From Myxococcota bacterium (GTDB lineage: Bacteria; Myxococcota; JACRCW01): 64,000 bases of DNA. How positions within the stretch are numbered: the stretch's first letter is position 1; each line of letters starts with the position of its first letter. Position numbers and translations under genes: made by a program. The stretch covers positions 1-64,000 of the forward strand of contig JBFMGU010000016.1 in assembly GCA_040752415.1 (NCBI GenBank). The letters are read 5' to 3'. Under the pieces are notes generated by a model. The model was not told the DNA's origin. It searched no databases and worked only from the letters and a program-made list of their open reading frames with translations. Below, one piece after another: positions 1 through 8,561 of the stretch.

Positions 1-370
1 TGGCGGCCTTCTCCTCCTCCTTCTTCTTCTTGGCCTCCTCGGCAGCGGCCTGCTTGGTGGCCTTGTCGTCGTCCTTCTTCTTGTCGTCGGAGGCGTCCGC
101 GGCGGCGTCCAGCACCTTGACTTCCTTCTTGAGCACCCAGCCGGCGCGACCGCCCTTGGTCTTCACCCACATCCAGTCATCACGGCTGTAGATGACGGTG
201 ACCTTCTCGCCCTTCTTGATCTTGAGGGGCTTGCCCTTCTCGTCGTCCGTGGCGGCGTTGCCCACCATGACGCCGGGCTTGTTGATGGTCTTGAGCTCCT
301 GCGCCATCAGCAGTGCGGGAGCGACGAATGCCGCAAACAGGACAAGGATCCAGGCACGGGTGACACGCAT
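1..370 (-). CDS. Exported SH3-domain protein (5' part; runs off the window)
   Basis: Manual translation of the minus strand from ATG 370 (GGAGG upstream): MRVTRAWILVLFAAFVAPALLMAQ signal peptide, then ...IKKGEKVTVIYSRDDWMWVKTKGGRAGWVLKKEV (bacterial SH3 pattern), then a K/E/A/D-rich linker. Absent from the ORF track because it is truncated. Confidence 0.75.
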   Translation of the reverse strand, partial: MRVTRAWILVLFAAFVAPALLMAQELKTINKPGVMVGNAATDDEKGKPLKIKKGEKVTVIYSRDDWMWVKTKGGRAGWVLKKEVKVLDAAADASDDKKKDDDKATKQAAAEEAKKKKEEEKAA

Positions 371-627
371 GGGGCCTCCAGCCTCCTCAGGGGGTTGCGG
401 CCACCCGGCTCAAGACGGCAACACGACGTCCCGCGCAGGGCCCGCACCAGGATCCGGTACGCTAGGTTTGGCCCGCGCAGGCCGTCAACAAAAGCCTTCA
501 TTTTCGGCCCGCAAGTGACCGCGCGGGGCGCGTTGGCGCTGCGCGCGCGGTTCTCCTACATTGCGCGCCCCCTTCCCCCGCCTCGTTCGCGGCTGGTGTG
601 GACCGGGGCTTTCCTGGAGGCGTGCTC

Positions 628-3600
628 ATGGGCCGGCTGTGGTGCTGCAGACTTTCCTCACTCTTGCTCCTGACGGGCGTCGTGGGAGGCGCCACCCCCG
701 CCCTGGCGTTGACCGCCGACGAGGCCACCACACCCGCCACGCGCGGCTTCGAGCAGCTCCCGACGCTGAAGGCCATCCGCGGCGCCAAGACTCCCCGGAA
801 GTACGTGCAGGTCACCGCCGACGCGGCGGAGGCCTGGACCGCCAGCGCAGAAGGTGCGTTCGTGACGGTGAGCCCCACCACGGAGCAGACCGGTCCCCTC
901 AAGGTGCAGGTCACGGTGGCCACGGAGTCGCTGACCGGGAACGGGCCCTTTGATGGCGCGGTGGTGATCACGCCGACCGCAGGTGGGGAGGCGGTGCGCA
1001 TCCCGGTGCACGTGGAGGTGTGGCCGCCCGACGTGGCTGACCTGACCGCCGACGAGCTCAAGAACCGCGCGGTGTGGCCCTCCGACGACGGATTCGGCGG
1101 CAGCTGGGAGCTGTTCGGCTTCCTTCCCGACGAGACCAGCCACCCCGGCAACAACGCGGGGGTGAACATGCGCGCCGAGGAGAAGACGGCGTGCACCGGC
1201 GGCAACACCACCAACTGCACGCGTCCGGGTCAGGCCGGCCTGGCCTCCGGACAGAGCGCGGACCGTGCGTGGCTGCTCTCCCGTGGCGACCCGCGCTCCA
1301 TGGTGGCGGTGCTGGACAGCGGCATCCACTGGGACGACCGCAACCTCTCCGAGAAGGCGTACCTCAACGCGCGGGAGCTGGCCGCGTGCCCGCCGCCCGG
1401 CGCCAGCGTGGCGGACCCGGCGAGCTACGACGTCAACGGCGACGGCGTCTTCAACATCCGCGACTACGACTGGGCCGACCCGCCGTACGCGGACTGGAAC
1501 GGCCGCAACGGGCTGGACCCGCAGGACCTCATCCACGGCACCAATCCCAGCACCAACGCGCCCTGCAGCGACGACGTGGACGACGACCAGAACGGGTACG
1601 TGGACGACATCAGCGGCTGGGACTTCTTCTGGAACGACAACGACCCTTCCGACGACACGCGCTACGGCCACGGCACCGGCGAGGCGAACGACAGCGTGGG
1701 CCAGGGCAATGACAACAACGGCGGCATTGGCGTGTGTCCGCGCTGCACCCTGCTGAACGTGCGCGTGGGTGACAGCTTCATTGCCGACGTCAACCAGTTC
1801 GCCGAGGGCGTGATCTTCTCGGTGGACAGCGGCGCCTCGGTGGTGCAGGAGGCGCTGGGCACGCTCAACGCCACGCCGTTCATGCGCCAGGCCATTGACT
1901 ACGCGTGGAACAACGGCGTGCTGGTGGTGGGCTCCGCCGCCGATGAGACCAGCGTGCACCACAACATGCCCGCCAACGCGGAGCACCTCATCAACGTGCA
2001 CGCCATCACCTACGATAGCGACGGACAACCGGGCCGCTGGTACGCCGCCACGACGTTCCTGAACTTCAACAACTGCACCAACTACGGCGCGCACCTGCAG
2101 CTCAGCACGCCGGGCACGGGCTGCTCCTCCGAGGCCACGGGCAAGACCAGCGGTCAGGCGGGCCTGCTCTACAGCTACTACTTCCAGCTCCAGGACAGCG
2201 GTGACCCGTACTACACGCAGCCGCTGGCCGCCGGTGAAGCGTTCCAGGTCCTGATTGCCAGCGCCGACGACATCGACGTCACCGGCGCGGAGAAGGACCC
2301 GGAGGCGTTGCAGCTCAAGAAGTACATCTCCAACGAGGGCTGGGACGAAGCGTTCGGCTACGGGCGCAACAATGCGCGCGCCTCCCTGGAGATGCTGCGC
2401 GACAAGAGGATCCCGCCCATGGTGGACATCACCGCGCCGCTGTTCTTCGAGCAGTTCGACCCCGCGGTGACGCCGAGCCTGGAGGTGAAGGGCACCGTGA
2501 AGGTCCCGCGCGACGACGCCGCGGACTGGGTGCTGGAAGTGGCCAAGGGCGTGGCGCCCAAGGACAGCGAGTTCGTGCAGGTGAGCAACGGCCAGGCTAC
2601 GCGCGCGCAGGCATTTGACGGCACGTTTGGCACGCTGGACCTCACCACCTTCTTCCCCGACGCGCAGACGCCCGCCAGGGACCGCGACGCGCGCACCATC
2701 ACCATCCGCGTCCGCGCCACCGTGACGCGCGGCGGAGAGACCATCCGCGGGGAGTACCGCAAGGCGTTCAGCATCCTGCGGGATCCGCAGCGTCGTCGGG
2801 CGCTGGCGCTCTACCTGGGCGCAAGCGGTGAGAGCAGCCCCAAGATCACGGACCTGGACGGCGACGGAAAGGAAGAGCTGGTGCTGGGCCTGGCCGACGG
2901 CACGGTGCACGCCTTCCGCGGCGACGGCAGCGAGCTCCCCAGCTGGCCGGTCCGCACCAACCGCTACGGCAGCCTCTCCGACGAGATCTGCAACGCCTCC
3001 GAGCCCGCGCTCAAGCGCAAGTGCCACCGAGCCTCCGCCGCCTACACCTCCGGCGCCATTGACCCGGCGAGCGTGTACGCCTCCGTGGTGGCCACGCTGG
3101 CGGTAGGCGACCTCAACGGCGACGGCAGCGCCGAGCGCGACGTGGTGGTGGCGACGATGGACGGGCTGGTGTTCGCCTACAACGCCTCCGGCCAGGTGCT
3201 CAGCGGCTTCCCGGTGGCCATGGACCCCGCGCACGTCAGCGAGTTCCTGTGGGCCAAGCAGGATCCGACGGAGAACCGCAGCGCGGAGCTGGGCTTCTTT
3301 GCCAGCCCGGTGCTGGTGGACCTGGACGCCGACGGGGACCTGGAGATCGTGGCGGCCGGCCTGGACCAGTGGGTCTACGCCTGGAACCACGACGGCAGCG
3401 CGGTGAACGGCTGGCCCGTGCACGCCGCCAACGAGGTGGTGCCGCTGGGACGGGATGGGCGCTTTGATGAGCGCATCATTGCCACGCCCACCGTGGCGGA
3501 CCTGGATGGCGACGGGAAGCCCGAGATCGTGGTGGGGACGGGCGAGAAGATCGACAACAGCAACGGCGCGTACCTGTACGCCATCAAGGGCCAGGGCAAC

Positions 3601-4560
3601 GCCGCGGCGGGCGGGCCGTTCATGCCGGGCTGGCCCACCACGCTGGCCGGCTTTGTCAACGACGTGCTCCCCTACGTGGGCAAGGGCATGCCCAACACCG
3701 CCGCCGCGGCGGACTTTGACGGCGACGGGAAGGACGAGATCGTCAACGCCGCCATGGGCGGCCCGCTCAACAAGCTGGACGGTGAAGGCCGGGAGTTTGG
3801 CGCGGTGCCCGCCATGCAGCAGGCCTCCGAGTACTTTGGCGAGAACAAGAACACCGACGAGCTGCTGGTGGCCGGCCTCATCAACAACCCCACCATTGCC
3901 GACCTCAACATGGACGGCGTGCTGGACATCATCGACGGGACGGCGGGCCTGGGGCTGGCGGGCGCGGCGGACAGCGGCGGCCTGCGCATCCCGTTCCAGC
4001 ACAACGTCAGCGCGTGGGACAGCGACAACGGCTACTTCCTGAGCGGCTTCCCGCAGGTGGTGGAGGACTTCCAGTTCTTCATGAACTACGCCGTGGGCGA
4101 CCTGGACGGCGACGAGCTCCCCGAGACCATCAGCGGCAGCGGCGTCTACTTCGTCCACGCGTTCAACCACGAGGGCAAGGAGCCGGAGGGCTGGCCCAAG
4201 AACACCATGGGCTGGGTCATCACCACCCCGGCGCTGGGCGACCTGGACGGCGACAACAGGATGGAGGTGGCCACCGCCACGCGCGAGGGCTGGCTGTTTG
4301 TCTGGGACATGCCCGGCCGCGTGGAGAAGAAGAGCGCCGACGAGGTGGGTCCCATCCAGTGGAAGAGCTTCCACCACGACGACCACAACAGCGGCAACGT
4401 GGGCACCGACCTGGGCCTCAAGGTGAACATGGTCGACGAGCCCGGCGACACCAACCCCGGACCGTGCGGCTGCGCGGTGGCGGGTGACGACGAGGCGCCC
4501 GCCGGAATGGCCCTGGCGGCCGCGCTGTTGGCCGTGCTGGCGAGGAGGAGGCGGTCATGA
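628..4560 (+). CDS. S8 (subtilisin-like) serine peptidase with FG-GAP/VCBS repeats and MYXO-CTERM anchor
   Basis: Catalytic motifs VAVLDSGI (Asp), YGHGTGEA (His), GCSSEATG (Ser); NGYVDDISGWDF insert typical of S8; many DLDGDG repeats; C-terminal CGC + hydrophobic helix + RRRRS. Start moved to ATG 628, which follows GGAGG. Confidence 0.88.
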   Translation: MGRLWCCRLSSLLLLTGVVGGATPALALTADEATTPATRGFEQLPTLKAIRGAKTPRKYVQVTADAAEAWTASAEGAFVTVSPTTEQTGPLKVQVTVATESLTGNGPFDGAVVITPTAGGEAVRIPVHVEVWPPDVADLTADELKNRAVWPSDDGFGGSWELFGFLPDETSHPGNNAGVNMRAEEKTACTGGNTTNCTRPGQAGLASGQSADRAWLLSRGDPRSMVAVLDSGIHWDDRNLSEKAYLNARELAACPPPGASVADPASYDVNGDGVFNIRDYDWADPPYADWNGRNGLDPQDLIHGTNPSTNAPCSDDVDDDQNGYVDDISGWDFFWNDNDPSDDTRYGHGTGEANDSVGQGNDNNGGIGVCPRCTLLNVRVGDSFIADVNQFAEGVIFSVDSGASVVQEALGTLNATPFMRQAIDYAWNNGVLVVGSAADETSVHHNMPANAEHLINVHAITYDSDGQPGRWYAATTFLNFNNCTNYGAHLQLSTPGTGCSSEATGKTSGQAGLLYSYYFQLQDSGDPYYTQPLAAGEAFQVLIASADDIDVTGAEKDPEALQLKKYISNEGWDEAFGYGRNNARASLEMLRDKRIPPMVDITAPLFFEQFDPAVTPSLEVKGTVKVPRDDAADWVLEVAKGVAPKDSEFVQVSNGQATRAQAFDGTFGTLDLTTFFPDAQTPARDRDARTITIRVRATVTRGGETIRGEYRKAFSILRDPQRRRALALYLGASGESSPKITDLDGDGKEELVLGLADGTVHAFRGDGSELPSWPVRTNRYGSLSDEICNASEPALKRKCHRASAAYTSGAIDPASVYASVVATLAVGDLNGDGSAERDVVVATMDGLVFAYNASGQVLSGFPVAMDPAHVSEFLWAKQDPTENRSAELGFFASPVLVDLDADGDLEIVAAGLDQWVYAWNHDGSAVNGWPVHAANEVVPLGRDGRFDERIIATPTVADLDGDGKPEIVVGTGEKIDNSNGAYLYAIKGQGNAAAGGPFMPGWPTTLAGFVNDVLPYVGKGMPNTAAAADFDGDGKDEIVNAAMGGPLNKLDGEGREFGAVPAMQQASEYFGENKNTDELLVAGLINNPTIADLNMDGVLDIIDGTAGLGLAGAADSGGLRIPFQHNVSAWDSDNGYFLSGFPQVVEDFQFFMNYAVGDLDGDELPETISGSGVYFVHAFNHEGKEPEGWPKNTMGWVITTPALGDLDGDNRMEVATATREGWLFVWDMPGRVEKKSADEVGPIQWKSFHHDDHNSGNVGTDLGLKVNMVDEPGDTNPGPCGCAVAGDDEAPAGMALAAALLAVLARRRRS

Positions 4561-5183
4561 CCCGGACGGTGATGTGTGCGCTGGTGGCGCTGGCGGCGGC
4601 GTGCGGCGAGACCCCGGGGGACCGTCCCGACGTCATTGAGGTCAAGCACGAAGAGAGCGTGGAGGTTGGCGGAGGTCCCACCGGCGCCACGCTGGAGAAC
4701 AACGCGCTCAACACGCCGCAGACCGGCGCGGGCCTCAGCGCCTCACTCACCACCAGCCTGCAGAACCAGGGCGTCACCAAGACCGACGTGGAGAGCGTGA
4801 AGATGAAGCAGGTGCGCCTGGAGGTCACCGCGCCCCTGCGCAACAACCAGCCGCTGGTGGACCTGGACTTCCTGGACAGCCTCAGCATGTTCGTGGCGTC
4901 GGAGGGGAAGCCGGAGGTGCTGGTGGCGCAGAGCGAGCCGCCCCCCGGCACCGACGGCGGTACCGGCCCCCGCACCTTTGCCGACGGGGTCTTTGCCGTC
5001 GACGTGCCGCTCACCGGTGCGGAGCTGAAGGACTACGTGACCGCGGAGTCCATGTCGGTGCGCACGGACATCGTGGCCAACCGGCGGCCCACGCTGAGCT
5101 GCACGGTGAAGTTCACCACCGTCATGGAAGTGAAGATCTCCCCCGCCGCGGTGACCTCCCGCGCCGGGCTGCCCACGCCCTGA
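4557..5183 (+). CDS. Lipoprotein of unknown function, coupled to the S8 peptidase
   Basis: Lipobox LAAAC; ATGA overlap with the upstream stop; typical high-GC codon usage. Confidence 0.75.
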   Translation: MTRTVMCALVALAAACGETPGDRPDVIEVKHEESVEVGGGPTGATLENNALNTPQTGAGLSASLTTSLQNQGVTKTDVESVKMKQVRLEVTAPLRNNQPLVDLDFLDSLSMFVASEGKPEVLVAQSEPPPGTDGGTGPRTFADGVFAVDVPLTGAELKDYVTAESMSVRTDIVANRRPTLSCTVKFTTVMEVKISPAAVTSRAGLPTP

Positions 5184-5343
5184 CCCCGCCACCGCGTTCG
5201 CCGCGTCTCAGGGTTCCGCGAAGAATCATCACTGGCAGGCGCGCAGGGAATGCGCCTCATGCCGTTCTTCCGACGACAAAGAAGGTCCGCGCAGATTCCG
5301 CGTCCGGTCCATCTTCGTGACCAGGGCGAAGCATGACGAAGCG

Positions 5344-5366
5344 CCCTGCGACAACACGTCGCAGGG
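5344..5366. promoter_or_regulatory. Palindromic RegA/PrrA/RegR-type binding site candidate
   Basis: Perfect inverted repeat CCCTGCGAC-aacac-GTCGCAGGG containing GCGAC-N5-GTCGC, about 30 bp upstream of the FG-GAP lipoprotein start. A RegA-family regulator is encoded 2.7 kb away. Confidence 0.55.
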
Positions 5367-5392
5367 GGAGCTGGCTTGGGCGGTGATACGCC

Positions 5393-6793
5393 GTGGCCAT
5401 GAATACGCGTACGTTCCTTCCCCTGCCCGCGCTGGCGCTCGCGCTGCTCCAGGGCTGTCCCAACCCCAAACCGCCCAGCGAACAGCCTCCCCCGACGGAA
5501 GAGCCGCCTCCCGTGGAGTTCGCGCACGGCAAGCAGGGGCAAGGCGCCGCGTTTGCGGACCTGGACGGCGACGGCCGCGACGACAAGGTGGTGGGCGCGC
5601 CGTGGGCGCAGCAGGGGGACAAGCTCGGCGTCTTGCTGGTCTATCCCGGCACGGAGCAGGGCTTCGCGGAGAGCGCTGCGCTGAAGCTGACCGGAGAGGA
5701 CAACCACGGCTTCGCGGTGTTGCGGCTCTCCGACGTGGACGGCGACGGGCACGACGAGCTCGCCGTCAGCGCGCTGACGGGCAACAGCACGGAGACGGCG
5801 CTGTGTGGCAGCGTGACGGTGTACCGCGGGGGCAAGAACGGCGAGGTGCTGACCACCGTGGCGGCGGGCAGGCCGGCGGCGAAGTTCGGCTATGTGATGG
5901 CACGCGGCGACCTCAACGCGGACGGGCAGGCCGACCTCATTGTGGGCGCGCCCTTTGACACTCCCGACTCCGCGCTCTTCCAGCAAGGCTCGGTGCACGT
6001 ATTCCTGGCGCCCAGCTTCACCACCCGCATCTCGCTGGCTGCCACCAGCGCGAACAAGGGGCTGGGATGGGCCGTGGCCTCCGGCGACTTCGATGGCGAC
6101 GGAAAAGACGACCTCCTGCTCGGCGCCGCGGGGAAGATCCTGGGCTACCGCGGCGGCACCGGCTTCGCCCCTGCGCTGGATACGCCCGACCTGACGGTAA
6201 AGAGCGTCGCCGCGGGGTTTGGTCGCTCGCTGGCCGTGGCGGGGGAATACATCGTCGTGGGTGCGCCGGCAGCCAAGGTGGGCGATGCGAGGGATACCGG
6301 CGCGCTCTTCGTCATCACCCGCGGCACCACGCCGCGAACGGTGGATCTGGACGCCACGCCAACGCCCGCGGACCTGCTGGTCACGATTCCGGGGCCCGCC
6401 TTGTTCGGTCGGCTCGGAGTCGCGCTGGTGCCCGCGGGTGACGTCGACGCGGACGGCAAGGCGGACTTCGTGGTGGGCGCGCCCGGCGCGGACGTGGAGA
6501 CCAATGACATGCGCGGCCGCGTGTATCTCTTCCGCGGCAAGGACCTGGGCGCGTCGACGACGTTGGCGAGCGCCACCGGCTTCCCGGGCACCCGCAGGTT
6601 CCAGGGATACGGCAGTTTCCTGGCCGTGGGGAAGAACAACACGCTGCTCATCGGCGCGCCGCGCGGCGACGGCGACGTGGGAAGTGCCTACGTGGTGGAC
6701 CTGGCCTCAGGTCAGCCCGTGCCCGGAGGCGCCACCGGCGGCGTCTCCGGCGGGGGCGAGCACTGTCACGACGGTCAATGTCACGGAGAATGA
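5393..6793 (+). CDS. FG-GAP/integrin-alpha repeat beta-propeller lipoprotein
   Basis: Lipobox LLQGC; repeats GDLNADGQADLIVGAP, GDFDGDGKDDLLLGA, GDVDADGKADFVVGAP; His/Cys tail EHCHDGQCHGE. Start is GTG 5393 or ATG 5399. Confidence 0.85.
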   Translation: MAMNTRTFLPLPALALALLQGCPNPKPPSEQPPPTEEPPPVEFAHGKQGQGAAFADLDGDGRDDKVVGAPWAQQGDKLGVLLVYPGTEQGFAESAALKLTGEDNHGFAVLRLSDVDGDGHDELAVSALTGNSTETALCGSVTVYRGGKNGEVLTTVAAGRPAAKFGYVMARGDLNADGQADLIVGAPFDTPDSALFQQGSVHVFLAPSFTTRISLAATSANKGLGWAVASGDFDGDGKDDLLLGAAGKILGYRGGTGFAPALDTPDLTVKSVAAGFGRSLAVAGEYIVVGAPAAKVGDARDTGALFVITRGTTPRTVDLDATPTPADLLVTIPGPALFGRLGVALVPAGDVDADGKADFVVGAPGADVETNDMRGRVYLFRGKDLGASTTLASATGFPGTRRFQGYGSFLAVGKNNTLLIGAPRGDGDVGSAYVVDLASGQPVPGGATGGVSGGGEHCHDGQCHGE

Positions 6794-6796
6794 GCC

Positions 6797-7810
6797 ATGT
6801 TCCGCGCTGCGCTATTCGTCATCGTCGGCGTCTCGCTGCTCCTGGGAGCCTATGACGCCACCAACTTCAACGCGTTGGAACGCAAGCACCAGCCGCCGCC
6901 CTCCGGTCACGTCGTGGGAAAGGACAACGGCGTGGGAGAGGGCCTGCACTTTGCCGGCGAGGACTGCGGCGTGTGCCACTACGCCGGCGGCAAGGCGGGC
7001 AACGTGCTCTTCACCATGTCCGGCACGATCTACGAGGACCGCCTGGCGCGTCGCCCCGCGGTGGGCGCCGAGGTGATCCTGCAGGACATTGAAGGCAACG
7101 TGCTGAGCATGACCACCAACAAGGTGGGCAACTTCTGGACAACCACGCGCATTGCCTCCAACCCCAACGCGGTCTCCAGCCACGGCGGCACCACGCACAC
7201 GCTCTATGAGCAGACCGACGCGGGCTTTGTTCCCGCCGACCCCGAGGACACCCGCACCTGGCAGTACAAGGCGTGGATCCAGAACGACAACGCCACGCGC
7301 CACATGGTCACCGTGGCCCCGGTGGGCGGTGCCACCAGTCCCGTCTCACGCATGAGCTGCAACATGCACCACGCGTCCATGGGCTTCTCCGGCGCGGCCT
7401 GGGTCTCCTCGAAGCCGACGCTGGGCGGCTACCCGGAGTCCAACATCAGCTTCCGCCAGCACGTGCTCCCGGTGCTGAGCGCCAAGTGCGTGCCGTGCCA
7501 CATCCCGGGCAAGCGGGCCACGCGCCTGGTGACCGCCTCGGACATCCGCGACCAGAACGCCACCAGCTTCGACTACAGCGACGGAAAGGACTTCACGTCG
7601 TATGGCGGCTCCACCGTCGACGGCGAGACCAAGGAGGGTTTCCGCGCCATGGTGGACCCCGCCGATCCGGACCTCAGCGAGGCGCTGGCCAAGACGCGCA
7701 AGCGCACCGACGGGACAGTGAACCACGGCGGCGGCGGCTTCTGGACCCCCGACGACGCGGACTACAAGCTCATCCGCCAGTGGGTTGCCGAGGGAGCGCG
7801 GGACAACTGA
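6797..7810 (+). CDS. Exported c-type cytochrome (two CxxCH motifs plus one CxxHH variant)
   Basis: Motifs DCGVCH, SCNMHH, KCVPCH; N-terminal hydrophobic signal; C-terminal IRQWVAEGA typical of cytochrome c domains; 3 bp downstream of the FG-GAP gene. Confidence 0.8.
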   Translation: MFRAALFVIVGVSLLLGAYDATNFNALERKHQPPPSGHVVGKDNGVGEGLHFAGEDCGVCHYAGGKAGNVLFTMSGTIYEDRLARRPAVGAEVILQDIEGNVLSMTTNKVGNFWTTTRIASNPNAVSSHGGTTHTLYEQTDAGFVPADPEDTRTWQYKAWIQNDNATRHMVTVAPVGGATSPVSRMSCNMHHASMGFSGAAWVSSKPTLGGYPESNISFRQHVLPVLSAKCVPCHIPGKRATRLVTASDIRDQNATSFDYSDGKDFTSYGGSTVDGETKEGFRAMVDPADPDLSEALAKTRKRTDGTVNHGGGGFWTPDDADYKLIRQWVAEGARDN

Positions 7811-7833
7811 AGGGGTGGCGGGGTTCCCAAAAG

Positions 7834-8003
7834 GAAGTCAGAAGTCAGAAGTCAGAAGGTGCCGCGCGTCGTTGTGGTGCACCTGTCCGACGGATGTCGG
7901 GAAATCGCGAGCAGGGAATTCGGAAGGCAGGATACGAAAGTCGGAGGGTGCTGCCCCGTCGTCATCGTGGGGCGCCTTCTGACTTCTGACTTCTGACTTC
8001 TGA
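7834..8003. repeat. Element with ~30-bp inverted termini built from tandem heptamers (GAAGTCA)n/(TGACTTC)n
   Basis: Left arm gaagtcagaagtcagaagtcagaaggtgcc (7834-7863); right arm ggcgccttctgacttctgacttctgacttc (7971-8000) is its reverse complement with one mismatch; lies between convergent genes. Confidence 0.85.
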
Positions 8004-8012
8004 GCCCCTCGC

Positions 8013-8558
8013 TCACACGTTGGGCGGGAACTTCTGCAGCTTGCGCTGGAGTGAGCGCCGGTGCAGACCCAGGCGGCGCGCGGCCTCCGAGATGTTGCCG
8101 CCCGCGTCGGAGAGCACGCGGTTGATGTGCTCCCATTCCGCCCGCGCCAGCGACGGCGCCGGTACCGCCGGGGGCCCCAGGGCCACGTTCTCCTTGCGCG
8201 TGAAGGCCGCCAGGACCTCGTCGGCGTCGGCGGGCTTCGGCAGGTAGTTCACCGCCCCAAGCCGGATGGCGTCCACCGCGGTGGCAATGGAGCCATACCC
8301 GGTCAGCACCACCACGCGCGTGGCCGGGTCCACCACCAACAGGTCCCGCACCAGCTCCAGCCCAGAGCGACCCGGCATGCGCAGGTCCACCACGGCGAGC
8401 TCCGGCGAGTCCGCGCAGGCCAGGGCCATGGCCTCGTCGTGGTTGGCCGCGGTGCGCACCTCGTGACCGCGCTCGGCCAGCGCGCGCGCGAGGCGGGTTC
8501 GGAAGATCTCGTCGTCGTCACAGACCAGGATGGAGGGGAGCATGCGCGCGGGTTCCAT
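8013..8558 (-). CDS. RegA/PrrA/ActR-family response regulator
   Basis: Receiver domain (LVCDDD, VVDLRMPG, LTGYGSIATAVDAIRLGA..YLPKP) and the family HTH signature EWEHINRVLSDAGGNISEAARRLGLHRRSLQRKL. Confidence 0.93.
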   Translation of the reverse strand: MEPARMLPSILVCDDDEIFRTRLARALAERGHEVRTAANHDEAMALACADSPELAVVDLRMPGRSGLELVRDLLVVDPATRVVVLTGYGSIATAVDAIRLGAVNYLPKPADADEVLAAFTRKENVALGPPAVPAPSLARAEWEHINRVLSDAGGNISEAARRLGLHRRSLQRKLQKFPPNV

Positions 8559-8561
8559 TGG

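Noticed and set aside
658..4386. 1242-aa minus-strand ORF
   Set aside because: Antisense shadow of the S8 peptidase; V/A/H/R-rich with no motifs, typical of high-GC codon bias.
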